Assembly (NCBI GenBank): GCA_965204695.1
Contig: OZ242007.1
Span: forward strand, 3,047,701 to 3,111,700
Direction of reading: 5' to 3'
Source: Arenicellales bacterium
GTDB lineage: Bacteria; Pseudomonadota; Gammaproteobacteria; Arenicellales; JAHEKD01
Length of the DNA stretch: 64,000 nt
This document shows positions 9,250 through 18,667 of the stretch, in pieces. The translations under genes were made by a program, and so were the position numbers. Each line of letters begins with the position of its first letter. Position 1 is the first letter of the stretch. The notes below the pieces were generated by a model, which was given only the letters and a program-made list of their open reading frames with translations, did no database searches and had not been told where the DNA came from.

Positions 9250-10244
9250 CTAATTTCCAATGTCGGTATTCATTTGATCAAGTGGGCTTTGGATATTCGT
9301 AAAATCAGATTTTATATGTGTATAGATCATCGTGGTTTGTAAATGGCGATGCCCAAGTAGTTGCTGAATAGTCCGGATATCTGTGCCAGAAGCTAGTAGG
9401 TGTGTCGCAAAGCTATGTCGAAGCGTGTGTATCCCTGCTTGTTTTTGTATTCCAGATTGATTTAATGCACTCTTAAATGGTTTTTGTAAGGTAGAAGGTG
9501 CTGTATGCCATCGTACCCATCGACTCGTTGTTTGCCATTGTCGAGTCACCGAGGATGGGAATACAAACTGCCAAGCCAACGATTTCGAGGCAGAGGGGTA
9601 TTTGCGATACAGTGCATTTGGCATCGGAGCATAACCTGCGCCGTTGAGTGAATCGTCTTTATGTTGAATAGCAACACTTAAAACTTGATCCTTAAGTTTC
9701 TCAACTAATTTAATCGGTAACAGAGCAACTCGATCTTTATTTCCTTTAGTCGCTCTCACCACAATGTTATTCATTTCAAAGTCAATGTCTTTGACTCTCA
9801 GCCGAATGCATTCACTAATTCTCAGTCCAGTACCGTATATCAATTCGGCCATCAGCCTAGGTGTTCCCTGCATATATGAAAGAATTTGACTGACTTCTTT
9901 GACTGAAAGCACAACAGGAATGACTTTACGTTTAACAGGACGAATGAGTTTAAGTAATCCCGATTATCAATTTCGAGTATTTCTTTATACAAGAACACTA
10001 GTGCATTGAGTGCTTGAGATTGGCTTCTTCCGGATAATCGACGTTGATTCACTAAGTAATTTAGGAATCGTTCTATATCAGCCTTATTCAGGTATTTTGG
10101 ATGGGTTTTGTTGTGAAACAGGATGTATTTTCGAATCCAATAAACGTAGGTTTTTCTGTATTAGGACTGAACTGCTTTCGGCGACAAGTTAAGCGAACTT
10201 GATCTAATAGACGAGGTTTTTGCTGTGAATTCGAATGACCCCAT
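9250..10244 (-). pseudogene. intI: Integron integrase IntI, disrupted by three frameshifts
   Basis: Tyrosine-recombinase C-terminus (HTLRHSFATHLL...GHRHLQTTMIYTH) plus the IntI-specific insertion (ALYRKYPSASKSLAWQFVFPSS). The N-terminal part TYVYWIRKYILFHNK...SQSQALNALVFLYKEIL sits in other frames. Shifts occur at homopolymers ~10217-10221, ~10151-10155 and ~9959-9961. The 995-nt span is not a multiple of 3. Confidence 0.85.
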
Positions 10245-10298
10245 AATTGTAACTCCTTGGTTAAATCTACAGATTAGCATTAAAATTTAATCTAACTC

Positions 10299-10436
10299 TG
10301 GGTCGGCATTTGCTAAAATTAAAATCTATTCATAAATGGTCTAATTCATTAATAGATAAGGGAAGATGATCAAAATCATACAACAAACCAAAATAGCATA
10401 TACGGACCGGTGGGTCGGTATAGTCTACTGTTAGTT
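10299..10436 (+). other. attI region with two TGGGTCGGYA direct repeats and the GTTAGTT crossover core
   Basis: TGGGTCGGCA lies at 10299-10308 and TGGGTCGGTA at 10411-20, the latter 10 bp before GTTAGTT (10430-10436). That core is the reverse complement of cassette 1's R'' box AACTAAC (10811-10817). Confidence 0.6.
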
Positions 10437-10444
10437 GTCTTCAT

Positions 10445-10816
10445 ATGAATAAATCTAAAGAGATAGATAAATATCTTTTTTATAGAAAATTAGACAAGAT
10501 CATCATTTTCGCAATTTCCTTTTTCGTCTTGGCTGGACTGTTTTACTGGCAATGGACAAACGATCAACGAATCAAAAGCGAATACAAAATTGGAACGATG
10601 ATTGGTTTTGATAATACGTTGAGTGCAACTGCGAACGGACTGGAAGGTGAACCAGTATTTTTGGCTGAATTGGATGACGGTAGGCGAGTTAAAATTCATA
10701 TTAGACCGGGTGCATTAATGTTGAGAGGTAAGAAGGTTGAAATTTTGGAAACCTCGAATACTCAGCTAGGAACTTCAAGTTTTGAGTTAATTAGGTATTT
10801 AGATGAAAACAACTAA
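10445..10816 (+). CDS. Cassette 1: hypothetical single-pass membrane protein (123 aa)
   Basis: The ORF fills the cassette between attI and attC1. It has one N-proximal hydrophobic helix (IIIFAISFFVLAGLFYW), and its stop codon lies inside the R'' box. Confidence 0.6.
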   Translation: MNKSKEIDKYLFYRKLDKIIIFAISFFVLAGLFYWQWTNDQRIKSEYKIGTMIGFDNTLSATANGLEGEPVFLAELDDGRRVKIHIRPGALMLRGKKVEILETSNTQLGTSSFELIRYLDENN

Positions 10817-10889
10817 CAAGCCAATGCAGCCGACCACGAAACCCGTCACTTCGTTCCGTGTTTGTGTCGGCTGAGCTCAAACGTTAGGC
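10811..10889 (+). other. attC site 1 (79 bp)
   Basis: AACTAAC-AAGCC...imperfect palindrome GCAGCCGAC/GTCGGCTG...CAAAC-GTTAGGC. It is nearly identical to the two halves of attC2. Confidence 0.85.
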
Positions 10890-10899
10890 GACACACGTA

Positions 10900-11277
10900 A
10901 TGCGTAAACAGTATCATTTTCGACCCTCGAAAAACGGATTCTATGCATGGGATGTGGATCGACTTATCACTTTGTCATCAAATCTTAAAAGACAGCGTAA
11001 ATCTCTTAACGAAATTGCAGAACTTGATGAAGACTATTGGTTTAATGGAGATAGCGAAGCATTCACATGCAGGACCATCGCTGAGCATGCTCAACTCATT
11101 GAAAAAGTAAGTTTAGAATTTCCAATAATAATGTGTTCCAAAGGCAGAATAATGGATGGGATGCATCGAGTTTTGAAAGCATTGAATAATGGTGAGCAAT
11201 ACATTGAAGCCGTTGTTTTCGAGCAAGACCCTGAGCCGGATTACTCAGATGTCATGCCAGATGACTTACCGTATTAA
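10900..11277 (+). CDS. Cassette 2: ParB/sulfiredoxin-like domain protein (125 aa)
   Basis: The ORF fills the cassette. The motif GRIMDGMHRVLKA resembles the DGxHR motif of ParB-like nuclease/NTPase domains. Confidence 0.5.
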   Translation: MRKQYHFRPSKNGFYAWDVDRLITLSSNLKRQRKSLNEIAELDEDYWFNGDSEAFTCRTIAEHAQLIEKVSLEFPIIMCSKGRIMDGMHRVLKALNNGEQYIEAVVFEQDPEPDYSDVMPDDLPY

Positions 11278-11317
11278 TATGTCGCCTAACAAGTGACTAT
11301 GGTTCCAAGTCAAGTAT

Positions 11318-12503
<1,186 letters not shown>

Positions 12504-12581
12504 GCCAATGCAGCCGACCAACAAACCCTCACTTTCGTTCGGGTTCATGTCGGCTGAGTTCAAACGTTAGCTGCCAAGATT

Positions 12582-12929
12582 ATGAAAAATACAATAAAAA
12601 ATTTTAGTGATAACTTTGTTAAAGAATGCGTTCGTGCTCGTATAACACATGAGTTGGAGAAAAAGCCTCAAAAATTGTATGAACGAATTTGCCATGATGC
12701 AGATGCCCTTTTTGAAAGCAAATATAAAAATAATTCAATTTATTTTGATGAAAATGAAAAGTGTTACATTTTTCGTGGAGGGAGCCCTGAATTAGTCAGA
12801 TTTAATGAAGCAAGCAGTTTTCTTGGACACGGAGATGGAATTTTAATAGTCAGTGAAAATGGACAAAAATTCATTGCAGAAACGGAATCTCAGCGAGGTT
12901 ATCCCAGTGAAATATTTTCTGGCAGCTAA
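12582..12929 (+). CDS. Cassette 3: hypothetical protein (115 aa)
   Basis: The ORF fills the cassette, and its stop lies in the R'' box AGCTAAC. I recognised no motif. Confidence 0.55.
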   Translation: MKNTIKNFSDNFVKECVRARITHELEKKPQKLYERICHDADALFESKYKNNSIYFDENEKCYIFRGGSPELVRFNEASSFLGHGDGILIVSENGQKFIAETESQRGYPSEIFSGS

Positions 12930-12980
12930 CAAGGTAGCCCAACCTACCGCTGACGCGTCGGTTGGCTTCAAACGTTAGAA
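12924..12980 (+). other. attC site 3 (57 bp)
   Basis: AGCTAAC-AAGGT-AGCCCAACC...GGTTGGCT-TCAAAC-GTTAGAA. The L''/L' pairing has one extrahelical base. Confidence 0.85.
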
Positions 12981-12992
12981 TTTTCTTGATAG

Positions 12993-13313
12993 ATGAAAAA
13001 ACATATGTACAATGTACATATGAAGAATCTCGAGTTTGAGTGGGATAAGTGTAAGAACAGTACGAATACTAAAAAACATGGCGTCTCGTTTGAAGAAGCA
13101 CGAACTGTTTTCTATGATGAATACGCTGTACAGTTCTTTGATCCTGATCATTCAGATGATGAAGAGCGATTTATCCTACTCGGCCTGAGTCATAAATTAA
13201 ATACCTTGGTAGTGTGTCATTGCTTTAGAGAAGCTGAAACTATCGTTCGTATCATTTCCGCTAGAAAAGCAGATATTGATGAATCCGAAACTTATTGGAG
13301 TTATAGAAAATGA
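12993..13313 (+). CDS. brnT: Cassette 4: BrnT-family ribonuclease toxin (DUF497)
   Basis: The N-terminal FEWDxxKNxxNxKKHGVSFEEAxxVFYD motif is present. It overlaps the downstream antitoxin by 4 nt. Toxin-first order matches brnTA. Confidence 0.8.
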   Translation: MKKHMYNVHMKNLEFEWDKCKNSTNTKKHGVSFEEARTVFYDEYAVQFFDPDHSDDEERFILLGLSHKLNTLVVCHCFREAETIVRIISARKADIDESETYWSYRK

Positions 13314-13525
13314 GAGATCATTATGATTTTTCAAAGATGAAGGGGAAGAAGAACCCTTACATCAAATATTTAAAGCAACCTGTCACAATGCGACTGGATA
13401 AGGATTCTATTGCGTATTTTCGATCATTATCGAAAGAGTCAGGTATCCCGTATCAAACATTAATCAATTTGTATCTAAGAGATTGTGCAGCAAATAAAAG
13501 AAAGCTTAATATGAGTTGGCAATGA
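13310..13525 (+). CDS. brnA: Cassette 4: BrnA antitoxin
   Basis: 71 aa with a YDFSKMKGKKNPY start and a C-terminal RHH/CopG-like segment. It is translationally coupled to brnT. Confidence 0.75.
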   Translation: MRDHYDFSKMKGKKNPYIKYLKQPVTMRLDKDSIAYFRSLSKESGIPYQTLINLYLRDCAANKRKLNMSWQ

Positions 13526-13528
13526 AAA

Positions 13529-13585
13529 TTCTAACAAACCAAGGCAGCGTACGCGTAACCGCGCCGCTGCTTTCAAACGTTATAC
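13529..13585 (+). other. attC site 4 (57 bp)
   Basis: TTCTAAC-AAACC-AAGGCAGCG...CGCTGCTT-TCAAAC-GTTATAC, with one extrahelical base. Confidence 0.85.
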
Positions 13586-13600
13586 GCAAAAATAATCCAA

Positions 13601-14257
13601 ATGACTGAAAACAGTAACATTAAATTTTATAAAACTATTAATAGAAAAAAATTTACTCCAAAATATGTAGCAGAAGTGGGTGTATGGCATCCAAAGACAT
13701 CAAATATATATTCGTATATTCAAGATGGAATTAAAACTATGTTGGTTGAGCCAGATCCAAAATCAATAGAGTTAATAAAATCCAAATTCAACAAACCCAA
13801 TGTAACACTTCATGAGGTTGCAATATGTGATTTTGATGGGGAGGTGGAGTTGTGCCAAAGAGAAAGCTCAACCTTTGTAAGCAACCTTAAAAGTAGCCCA
13901 GCATTAGTAAATGATAATTGTAATATTGAACAATCTGAAAAATTTGTAGCCACGGCTATAAAATTTTCAAAAATAGATAACAACAAAATTGATTTAATAT
14001 CTATTGATACCGAAGGCAGTGAGTGGTTTGTTATCAAAAATATGTTAAGCAGACCCGTTGTAATATCAATTGAAACGCATGGAGGAATGTACATTAATCC
14101 ATATATCAAAGAGATAAAACAATGGATGAAAGATAATAATTATTCTTTATTATATAAAGATAAGAGTGATTCTATTTATGTTCTAAACAATAAAATTAAA
14201 ATTACAGTTTTTGATAGAATAAACCTTGTAAAACAACAATTATTTATTCTGACCTAG
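13601..14257 (+). CDS. Cassette 5: FkbM-family methyltransferase, with its 3' end replaced by an IS terminus
   Basis: The IDTEGSEW motif is characteristic of the FkbM family. The last codons (CTG ACC TAG) come from the IS left end, which starts at 14250. Confidence 0.65.
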   Translation: MTENSNIKFYKTINRKKFTPKYVAEVGVWHPKTSNIYSYIQDGIKTMLVEPDPKSIELIKSKFNKPNVTLHEVAICDFDGEVELCQRESSTFVSNLKSSPALVNDNCNIEQSEKFVATAIKFSKIDNNKIDLISIDTEGSEWFVIKNMLSRPVVISIETHGGMYINPYIKEIKQWMKDNNYSLLYKDKSDSIYVLNNKIKITVFDRINLVKQQLFILT

Positions 14258-14324
14258 CCCCGGAAAGTTACACCAGTTGATGAGATAGGATTTGGTTTAC
14301 TATTTAGCTTAAAGGAGCCAACAT

Positions 14325-14606
14325 ATGCCTAAAGGTAAACGTGTCCCAACTGAGACCATTATCAAAACACTGCGTGAAGTAGAAATTCATCATGCACAAG
14401 GTCACACCATTGCTGAGAGCTGCCGTCAGTGCGGCATTACCGAACAAACCTACTACCGCTGGCGTAAACAGTATGGTGGTATGCAAATAAACCAGGTTCG
14501 TCAGATGAAGGATTTAGAGAAGGAAAATACACGTCTTCGCAAAGCGGTGTCTGATTTAACGTTGGATAAATTAATCCTAGAGGAAGCGTTGTCGGGAAAG
14601 TATTAA
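14325..14606 (+). CDS. IS3-family transposase OrfA (HTH)
   Basis: CGITEQTYYRWRKQYGG is an HTH followed by a leucine-zipper-like segment (LEKENTRLRKAVSDLTLDKLIL). Confidence 0.8.
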   Translation: MPKGKRVPTETIIKTLREVEIHHAQGHTIAESCRQCGITEQTYYRWRKQYGGMQINQVRQMKDLEKENTRLRKAVSDLTLDKLILEEALSGKY

Positions 14607-14915
14607 GCCCTGACCGTCGCCGGTTATGTGTTGACCATGTTCGGGACCAGTTAGCGGTTTCCGAACGACGTGCCTGTAAAGTGATCGGTCAACCCCGTTC
14701 TACCCAACGTTATGAACGAATCATCAAAGAAGATGAAGCAGCGCTCACGGCCGACATCATTCGATTGGCGAGTGAGTTTGGCCGTTATGGATATCGACGT
14801 ATTACTGCACTGCTCAAGTTATACCTGGGATGGTGTGTTAATCATAAGCGAGTTGAACGTATCTGGCGACGTGAGGGGCTGAAAGTACCGAGCAAACAAC
14901 CCAAAAGTGGTCGTC
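14603..14915 (+). pseudogene. IS3-family transposase OrfB, 5' fragment only
   Basis: The -1 frame reads SPDRRRLCVDHVRDQLAVSERRACKVIGQPRSTQRY...YGYRRITALL...RIWRREGLKV. The catalytic DDE core is absent. Confidence 0.75.
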
Positions 14916-15299
14916 TATGTATTTAGAAACTATGCAGAAGTTACTGAAAAATATATCGAGGCAATATTTGGTGGTTTAGTTGAGGTTGATGAATTAGATA
15001 AAATTGAAGATGAGACTTTTGAAATATCGGATCCTGTGGTTGTTAAAAATGTAGGCGGGAAAATTGAGAAATCGAAACTACTTACAAGCCAAAATAAACT
15101 AAAACCTATTGGCTGGAATCTTGCCACATTTTTCTCACACAACCGGATTGATAAGTCTGAAAGCAATGTAAAACAGATTATTGAGAATGATTTTGCCAAA
15201 ACAATTAACACCTCCTCCGATATGGTGGATGCTGATGCTTGGTTGTTTATCATTCATAAAGGAAAATTCGAATCCAAACTTAAGCAAAAATATTTTTGA
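14907..15299 (+). CDS. Hypothetical protein fragment; its 5' end was removed at the IS deletion junction
   Basis: The ORF begins inside IS-derived sequence. It is AT-rich and lysine-rich with no recognised motif, and is followed by a strong terminator. Confidence 0.3.
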   Translation: MVVYVFRNYAEVTEKYIEAIFGGLVEVDELDKIEDETFEISDPVVVKNVGGKIEKSKLLTSQNKLKPIGWNLATFFSHNRIDKSESNVKQIIENDFAKTINTSSDMVDADAWLFIIHKGKFESKLKQKYF

Positions 15300-15330
15300 T
15301 TTCAACTTAGATCAAGTTATAACCAAAGAC

Positions 15331-15355
15331 AAAAGGCCCGCAATGCGGGCCTTTT
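15331..15355. terminator. Bidirectional rho-independent terminator
   Basis: AAAAGGCCCGC-AAT-GCGGGCCTTTT is a perfect 11-bp stem with A/T tracts on both sides. It sits between convergent ORFs. Confidence 0.75.
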
Positions 15356-15370
15356 GTTTAAGTGGTTCGA

Positions 15371-15502
15371 TTAGCGATTTTGCTTGCGCTTGGTTTTATT
15401 CTTACGCTGATAATAATCAACAAAGATAAAACAGGCAGAAATACTGCCCAAGGCAATTAAACCACCAATATAGATCAACAGATCAGCGTTTGCGCCTATC
15501 AT
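15371..15502 (-). CDS. Small membrane protein (43 aa; below the ORF-track cutoff)
   Basis: AAGGAG lies 6 nt upstream of the ATG. The sequence is MIGANADLLIYIGGLIALGSISACFIFVDYYQRKNKTKRKQNR: one TM helix with a basic tail. It is the last gene of a minus-strand operon. Confidence 0.4.
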   Translation of the reverse strand: MIGANADLLIYIGGLIALGSISACFIFVDYYQRKNKTKRKQNR

Positions 15503-15728
15503 TATCATCTCCTTGCTGGGGTTCATCGTTAAGCGGGCTTAGCATAAATAACGCTAAACACTCGAAGACGCCAGCACCAATGAACATAATAAGCATTATA
15601 CCATGTGGTATATCGAGCTTTCCGATCTCCAGGGCGTTGAGCACGGCCGGTAGTAATAATCCGACGGCAATCGTGCGTAACGTAACGGCATGGTGCTTAC
15701 GCTGTTCTGAGTTAAAGTTAAGTTTCAT
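15483..15728 (-). CDS. Small two-TM membrane protein (probable start MKLNFNSEQ)
   Basis: GAGAGGAG lies upstream of the ATG at 15728. It has two hydrophobic helices and an acidic-then-basic tail. Confidence 0.4.
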   Translation of the reverse strand: MKLNFNSEQRKHHAVTLRTIAVGLLLPAVLNALEIGKLDIPHGIMLIMFIGAGVFECLALFMLSPLNDEPQQGDDNDRRKR

Positions 15729-15848
15729 GGAATTGCTCCTCTCGGCAAGTGGCCAGAAACAATTCCATCCCAACCGGGATTGAAATCATTACCGGCTAGG
15801 GTGAAGGCCCTGTGATTAAACAGGGCCGGGTGAAGTGGTAGATCTGAC

Positions 15849-16112
15849 TTAGATCGGATCGTATTTAAAACAGAACGTTGGACCTCCACGAGCCCAGTGC
15901 TCATATCGGCTGCGTGCTGCTTCATATTTAAATACAATCGTTTCTGTCGCAAAGATCGGCAGAACATGGATGAACGAACCATCGGGCTCGATATCGATGA
16001 TAGCCGCTTTACAAATCACATTGTTCGGATCCGTGGCAAGATGAATATTGACCACGTCCGGATTCACGACTGAAATACTTGGATCGACTGAATTAAACAT
16101 GTTCATGATCAA
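15849..16112 (-). CDS. Hypothetical protein (87 aa)
   Basis: The ORF overlaps the upstream gene by 4 nt (ATGA coupling). No motif was recognised. Confidence 0.4.
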   Translation of the reverse strand: MIMNMFNSVDPSISVVNPDVVNIHLATDPNNVICKAAIIDIEPDGSFIHVLPIFATETIVFKYEAARSRYEHWARGGPTFCFKYDPI

Positions 16113-16333
16113 TCCTCCGTAATCCAGTTTGACAGTGGTTTATCTGCAATGCGTCGACAGATCGTATTGACGTCTTTTCGACAATCGGGGACCTCATAAA
16201 CGTACGTTTTCATAGAATCATTCGATTCATATTTGACGTACATCGTCATGGCAAATATCGCCAGGATGAATGCCGCGATCATAAAAAGCGCGTTAACAAG
16301 TGTTGGGTTCATGATGTGTTTCTCCATTAGCAA
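16109..16333 (-). CDS. Small membrane-anchored protein (74 aa)
   Basis: It has an N-terminal TM helix (LVNALFMIAAFILAIFAMTMYV) and is coupled to the downstream ORF. Confidence 0.4.
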   Translation of the reverse strand: MLMEKHIMNPTLVNALFMIAAFILAIFAMTMYVKYESNDSMKTYVYEVPDCRKDVNTICRRIADKPLSNWITED

Positions 16334-16493
16334 GTGTTAAAAAACCCACCAAAGGCACACCACCCCACCAGGGATAATGATTCCCCAGTGGGTGTAAAGT
16401 GAAAATGAACATGACGTTGACCGACTTTATTGCCTGCGTTTGGCTAAAGCGGTTTAGGCTGTATTAAGCAGACTGTGCTAGACTTCATTCATT

Positions 16494-16700
16494 ATGTTAT
16501 TCGATGAACAATCCGACCAGGTACGACTGACCCAGGCTGAGCTTAATCGCATTCGTAAACATGCGGCTCAGAACGGAGAAGTCATTGGTCAAATCACAAA
16601 TACTGAACAACTTGATGATGCATTAGTCAAAGCTTGTTCCACCAACGAGCTTGAAAAGCTCATTGAAGATATCGAAGCGCATATTAAGCCGCCTAAATAA
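16494..16700 (+). CDS. Hypothetical protein (68 aa)
   Basis: ORF only. It looks helical and acidic. Confidence 0.3.
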   Translation: MLFDEQSDQVRLTQAELNRIRKHAAQNGEVIGQITNTEQLDDALVKACSTNELEKLIEDIEAHIKPPK

Positions 16701-16724
16701 GCCCAATCCTTTTCATCAGGAATT

Positions 16725-16937
16725 TCAACGTTCTATCTGTTTTCTGGCAATACGCTCAAGTCGTATTAACAGGTCCGTGGTCGCATTGTCTTGCGTTTGC
16801 CAGTTAGTCGGCAAGGTCGCAATATAATCAATGACCGCATCGGGCTGTTCTTTCGCCAGGGTAAATAGTTTGTGCTGTAATTCACGATTGTCACGTAAAT
16901 CATGCAAAAACTGGACGATAGCTTGTTCTTTAGTCAT
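16725..16937 (-). CDS. Hypothetical protein (70 aa)
   Basis: The ORF has GGAGACATCACC upstream of the ATG and is convergent with 16494-16700. Confidence 0.35.
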   Translation of the reverse strand: MTKEQAIVQFLHDLRDNRELQHKLFTLAKEQPDAVIDYIATLPTNWQTQDNATTDLLIRLERIARKQIER

Positions 16938-17085
16938 GGTGATGTCTCCTGTGTTTAATTAAAAAACGCAGACATCAACCAAACCCGTAGGCATGAAAAA
17001 TGCCCACGCGGTTGTGAGTGTTAAACGGTCCTCACCTTATCAAGAGGTGTTGCACTTGATTTTACGGACCGGCAAGTGCGAAAGG

Positions 17086-17105
17086 TTCTGTGATAACTCA
17101 CAGAA
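17086..17105. promoter_or_regulatory. Candidate TetR operator palindrome
   Basis: TTCTGTGA-TAAC-TCACAGAA has perfect 8-bp arms. It ends 50 bp upstream of the tetR-family start codon. Confidence 0.45.
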
Positions 17106-17154
17106 TAAATTAAACTATAGCACACCCCAAGTGTTTGATAAATAAGGAAGGACC

Positions 17155-17739
17155 ATGCCAAGAAAAAGTGTTAAAGACATTCGTGCTAATGAAATTCTCG
17201 ATGCGTTTGAAGTGTGTATTGCACGGCAAGGCTTTAATAATGTCACCCTGGCGGATATCGGCAAACAAGCAGACATTCAGCGACCCGCTATACGTCATTT
17301 TGTGGGTAATCGTGATGAGCTGCGCCAGGCACTCACACAACGCTATGTGGATCGAGCCAGGCAGCACGTCAGCACATTATTCGAAGTCGTTCCGATGCTT
17401 AATCTCACCTCGAAAAGCGCTATAGCAGACTTATTGGTTGAGGCTGTTATGACGGATGAGCAGCGATTTTTAGCCATCTGTAATCTGTTTGTACTGGCAA
17501 AAACCGATACCAAAATTAATCAACTGTTAAACGAGTGGGTGAGTGTCTATGCAGACTATCTCATCGCTGTGCTTGGTCGGCAGTACAAACTATCCAAGCC
17601 TAAACTGACAGAAATTGCCTACAGCATTGTGATGACGTGTATTGGTCTGGCGAGTGTCGCTAATATTGACCAGGCACACTACAGTAAGCTTGCATCTGGG
17701 GCAATCGCGCAGCAATTAGCGGCTCTCACCTCAAAATAA
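17155..17739 (+). CDS. TetR/AcrR-family transcriptional regulator
   Basis: The N-terminal HTH is ILDAFEVCIARQGFNNVTLADIGKQADIQRPAIRHFVGNRDEL. AGGAAGGA lies upstream. Confidence 0.85.
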   Translation: MPRKSVKDIRANEILDAFEVCIARQGFNNVTLADIGKQADIQRPAIRHFVGNRDELRQALTQRYVDRARQHVSTLFEVVPMLNLTSKSAIADLLVEAVMTDEQRFLAICNLFVLAKTDTKINQLLNEWVSVYADYLIAVLGRQYKLSKPKLTEIAYSIVMTCIGLASVANIDQAHYSKLASGAIAQQLAALTSK

Positions 17740-17802
17740 ATGACTTAGCTAGCCAGCCAGTAATGGCCCTGGTTTATCGGCCATGACTTCATTGGAAATG
17801 GT

Positions 17803-18045
17803 CTACGCCCACCCGCTCATTAACATTGCGAATGCATATTGGGTGAGCAACGCTATCCCAAGCACCATCATGGCCCCACGCCACCACAATCGAATACCAC
17901 CGGGTGGATCATTTGACAAAATCAGCAACCTGAATCCAATTAGCATCAACCCAACAAATAGCACGGTGATACTTGGTGTTAGTAGTAACACTGTCACATT
18001 CGACAGCGGCGATGGTCCGCAACACAATGAGGGAAAACTGGGCAT
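17803..18045 (-). CDS. Possible small multi-TM membrane protein (80 aa)
   Basis: It has three hydrophobic segments. It competes with an overlapping plus-strand ORF (17783-18052), so the strand choice is uncertain. Confidence 0.25.
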   Translation of the reverse strand: MPSFPSLCCGPSPLSNVTVLLLTPSITVLFVGLMLIGFRLLILSNDPPGGIRLWWRGAMMVLGIALLTQYAFAMLMSGWA

Positions 18046-18097
18046 AGGTTAATTTGTAAAGTCGTTGATAAAGGCGTTATTCCAGGTCGGATAGGAA

Positions 18098-18667
18098 TTG
18101 CCGTTTATCTTGCACTCCTTCTTAACGCCCGCCATCTCAACCACCGCACCTTTGGAATATCTGTTTAATTGTTGTAGCAACGGCACTGAACCAAACTGGA
18201 CCCTGTTCAGTTCATTGGAACTGCACCCGGTCAATTCAAATGCTCACGATGATGGGTCTACCTTTTGCACGGCCATTAAGGATGAAAAGGAACTAGGTAA
18301 AACCGATTTCTACACCCTCTACGGCCGGCTGGCGGATCCACAGGAGCCACTCGCCGAAGCCATTACTGACATTGTCGATCGACGTGAAGCATTGTGTGTT
18401 GCAAAGCAATTAGCCACGAAGCATGGCCTGCCCTTACATGCACCGCTGTTTGATCTGGATAATGATGCACATGCGGCCAATGTGAAGGTCTTTGACGTGC
18501 AGGTGCAGGCGACCATCACGAAAACGATTTCGGTGGTTGCAGAATCCGATGATGACCTGAGCGCTATTCAAAAAGCGAGTGAGCGTTTTCGGATGGATAG
18601 TGATAACACGCCGGAGATATACAACCAAGAGACCATTGGGGTCAAGGCGGTGTGTGATGTCTTATGA
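18098..18667 (+). CDS. Hypothetical protein; the start is uncertain (the convincing coding signal begins ~18240)
   Basis: The C-terminal ~140 aa look protein-like (TDFYTLYGRLADPQEPLAEAITDIVDRREAL...). Its stop overlaps the next start (ATGA at 18664-18667). Confidence 0.4.
   Translation: MPFILHSFLTPAISTTAPLEYLFNCCSNGTEPNWTLFSSLELHPVNSNAHDDGSTFCTAIKDEKELGKTDFYTLYGRLADPQEPLAEAITDIVDRREALCVAKQLATKHGLPLHAPLFDLDNDAHAANVKVFDVQVQATITKTISVVAESDDDLSAIQKASERFRMDSDNTPEIYNQETIGVKAVCDVL

Larger units (their letters stand above)
14250..14915 (+). mobile_element. IS3-family (IS407-like) remnant: left IR, orfA and a 5' third of orfB, then an abrupt deletion
   Basis: The left terminus is TGACCTAGCCCCGGAAAG. 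OrfA is present, OrfB stops after ...RREGLKVPSKQPK near 14905-14915, and there is no right IR. Confidence 0.75.

Noticed and set aside
15316-15375. Possible terminal attC site: GTTATAAC..AAAAGGCCCGC/GCGGGCCTTTT..GTTCGAT.
   Set aside because: The perfect 11-bp GC-rich stem with flanking A/T tracts is explained more simply as a bidirectional terminator. The putative R' box GTTCGAT violates GTTRRRY, and the R'' match to cassette 5 (GTATAAC expected, TTATAAC seen) rests on 2 informative bases. I kept it only as a remark.
16691-16736. Short attC-like sequence (GCCTAAATAAGCCCAATCC..GGAATTTCAACGTTCTAT) between convergent small ORFs.
   Set aside because: At 46 bp it is below the usual attC size range. 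The R'' box lacks the AAC core, and part of it is the coding end of the minus-strand ORF.
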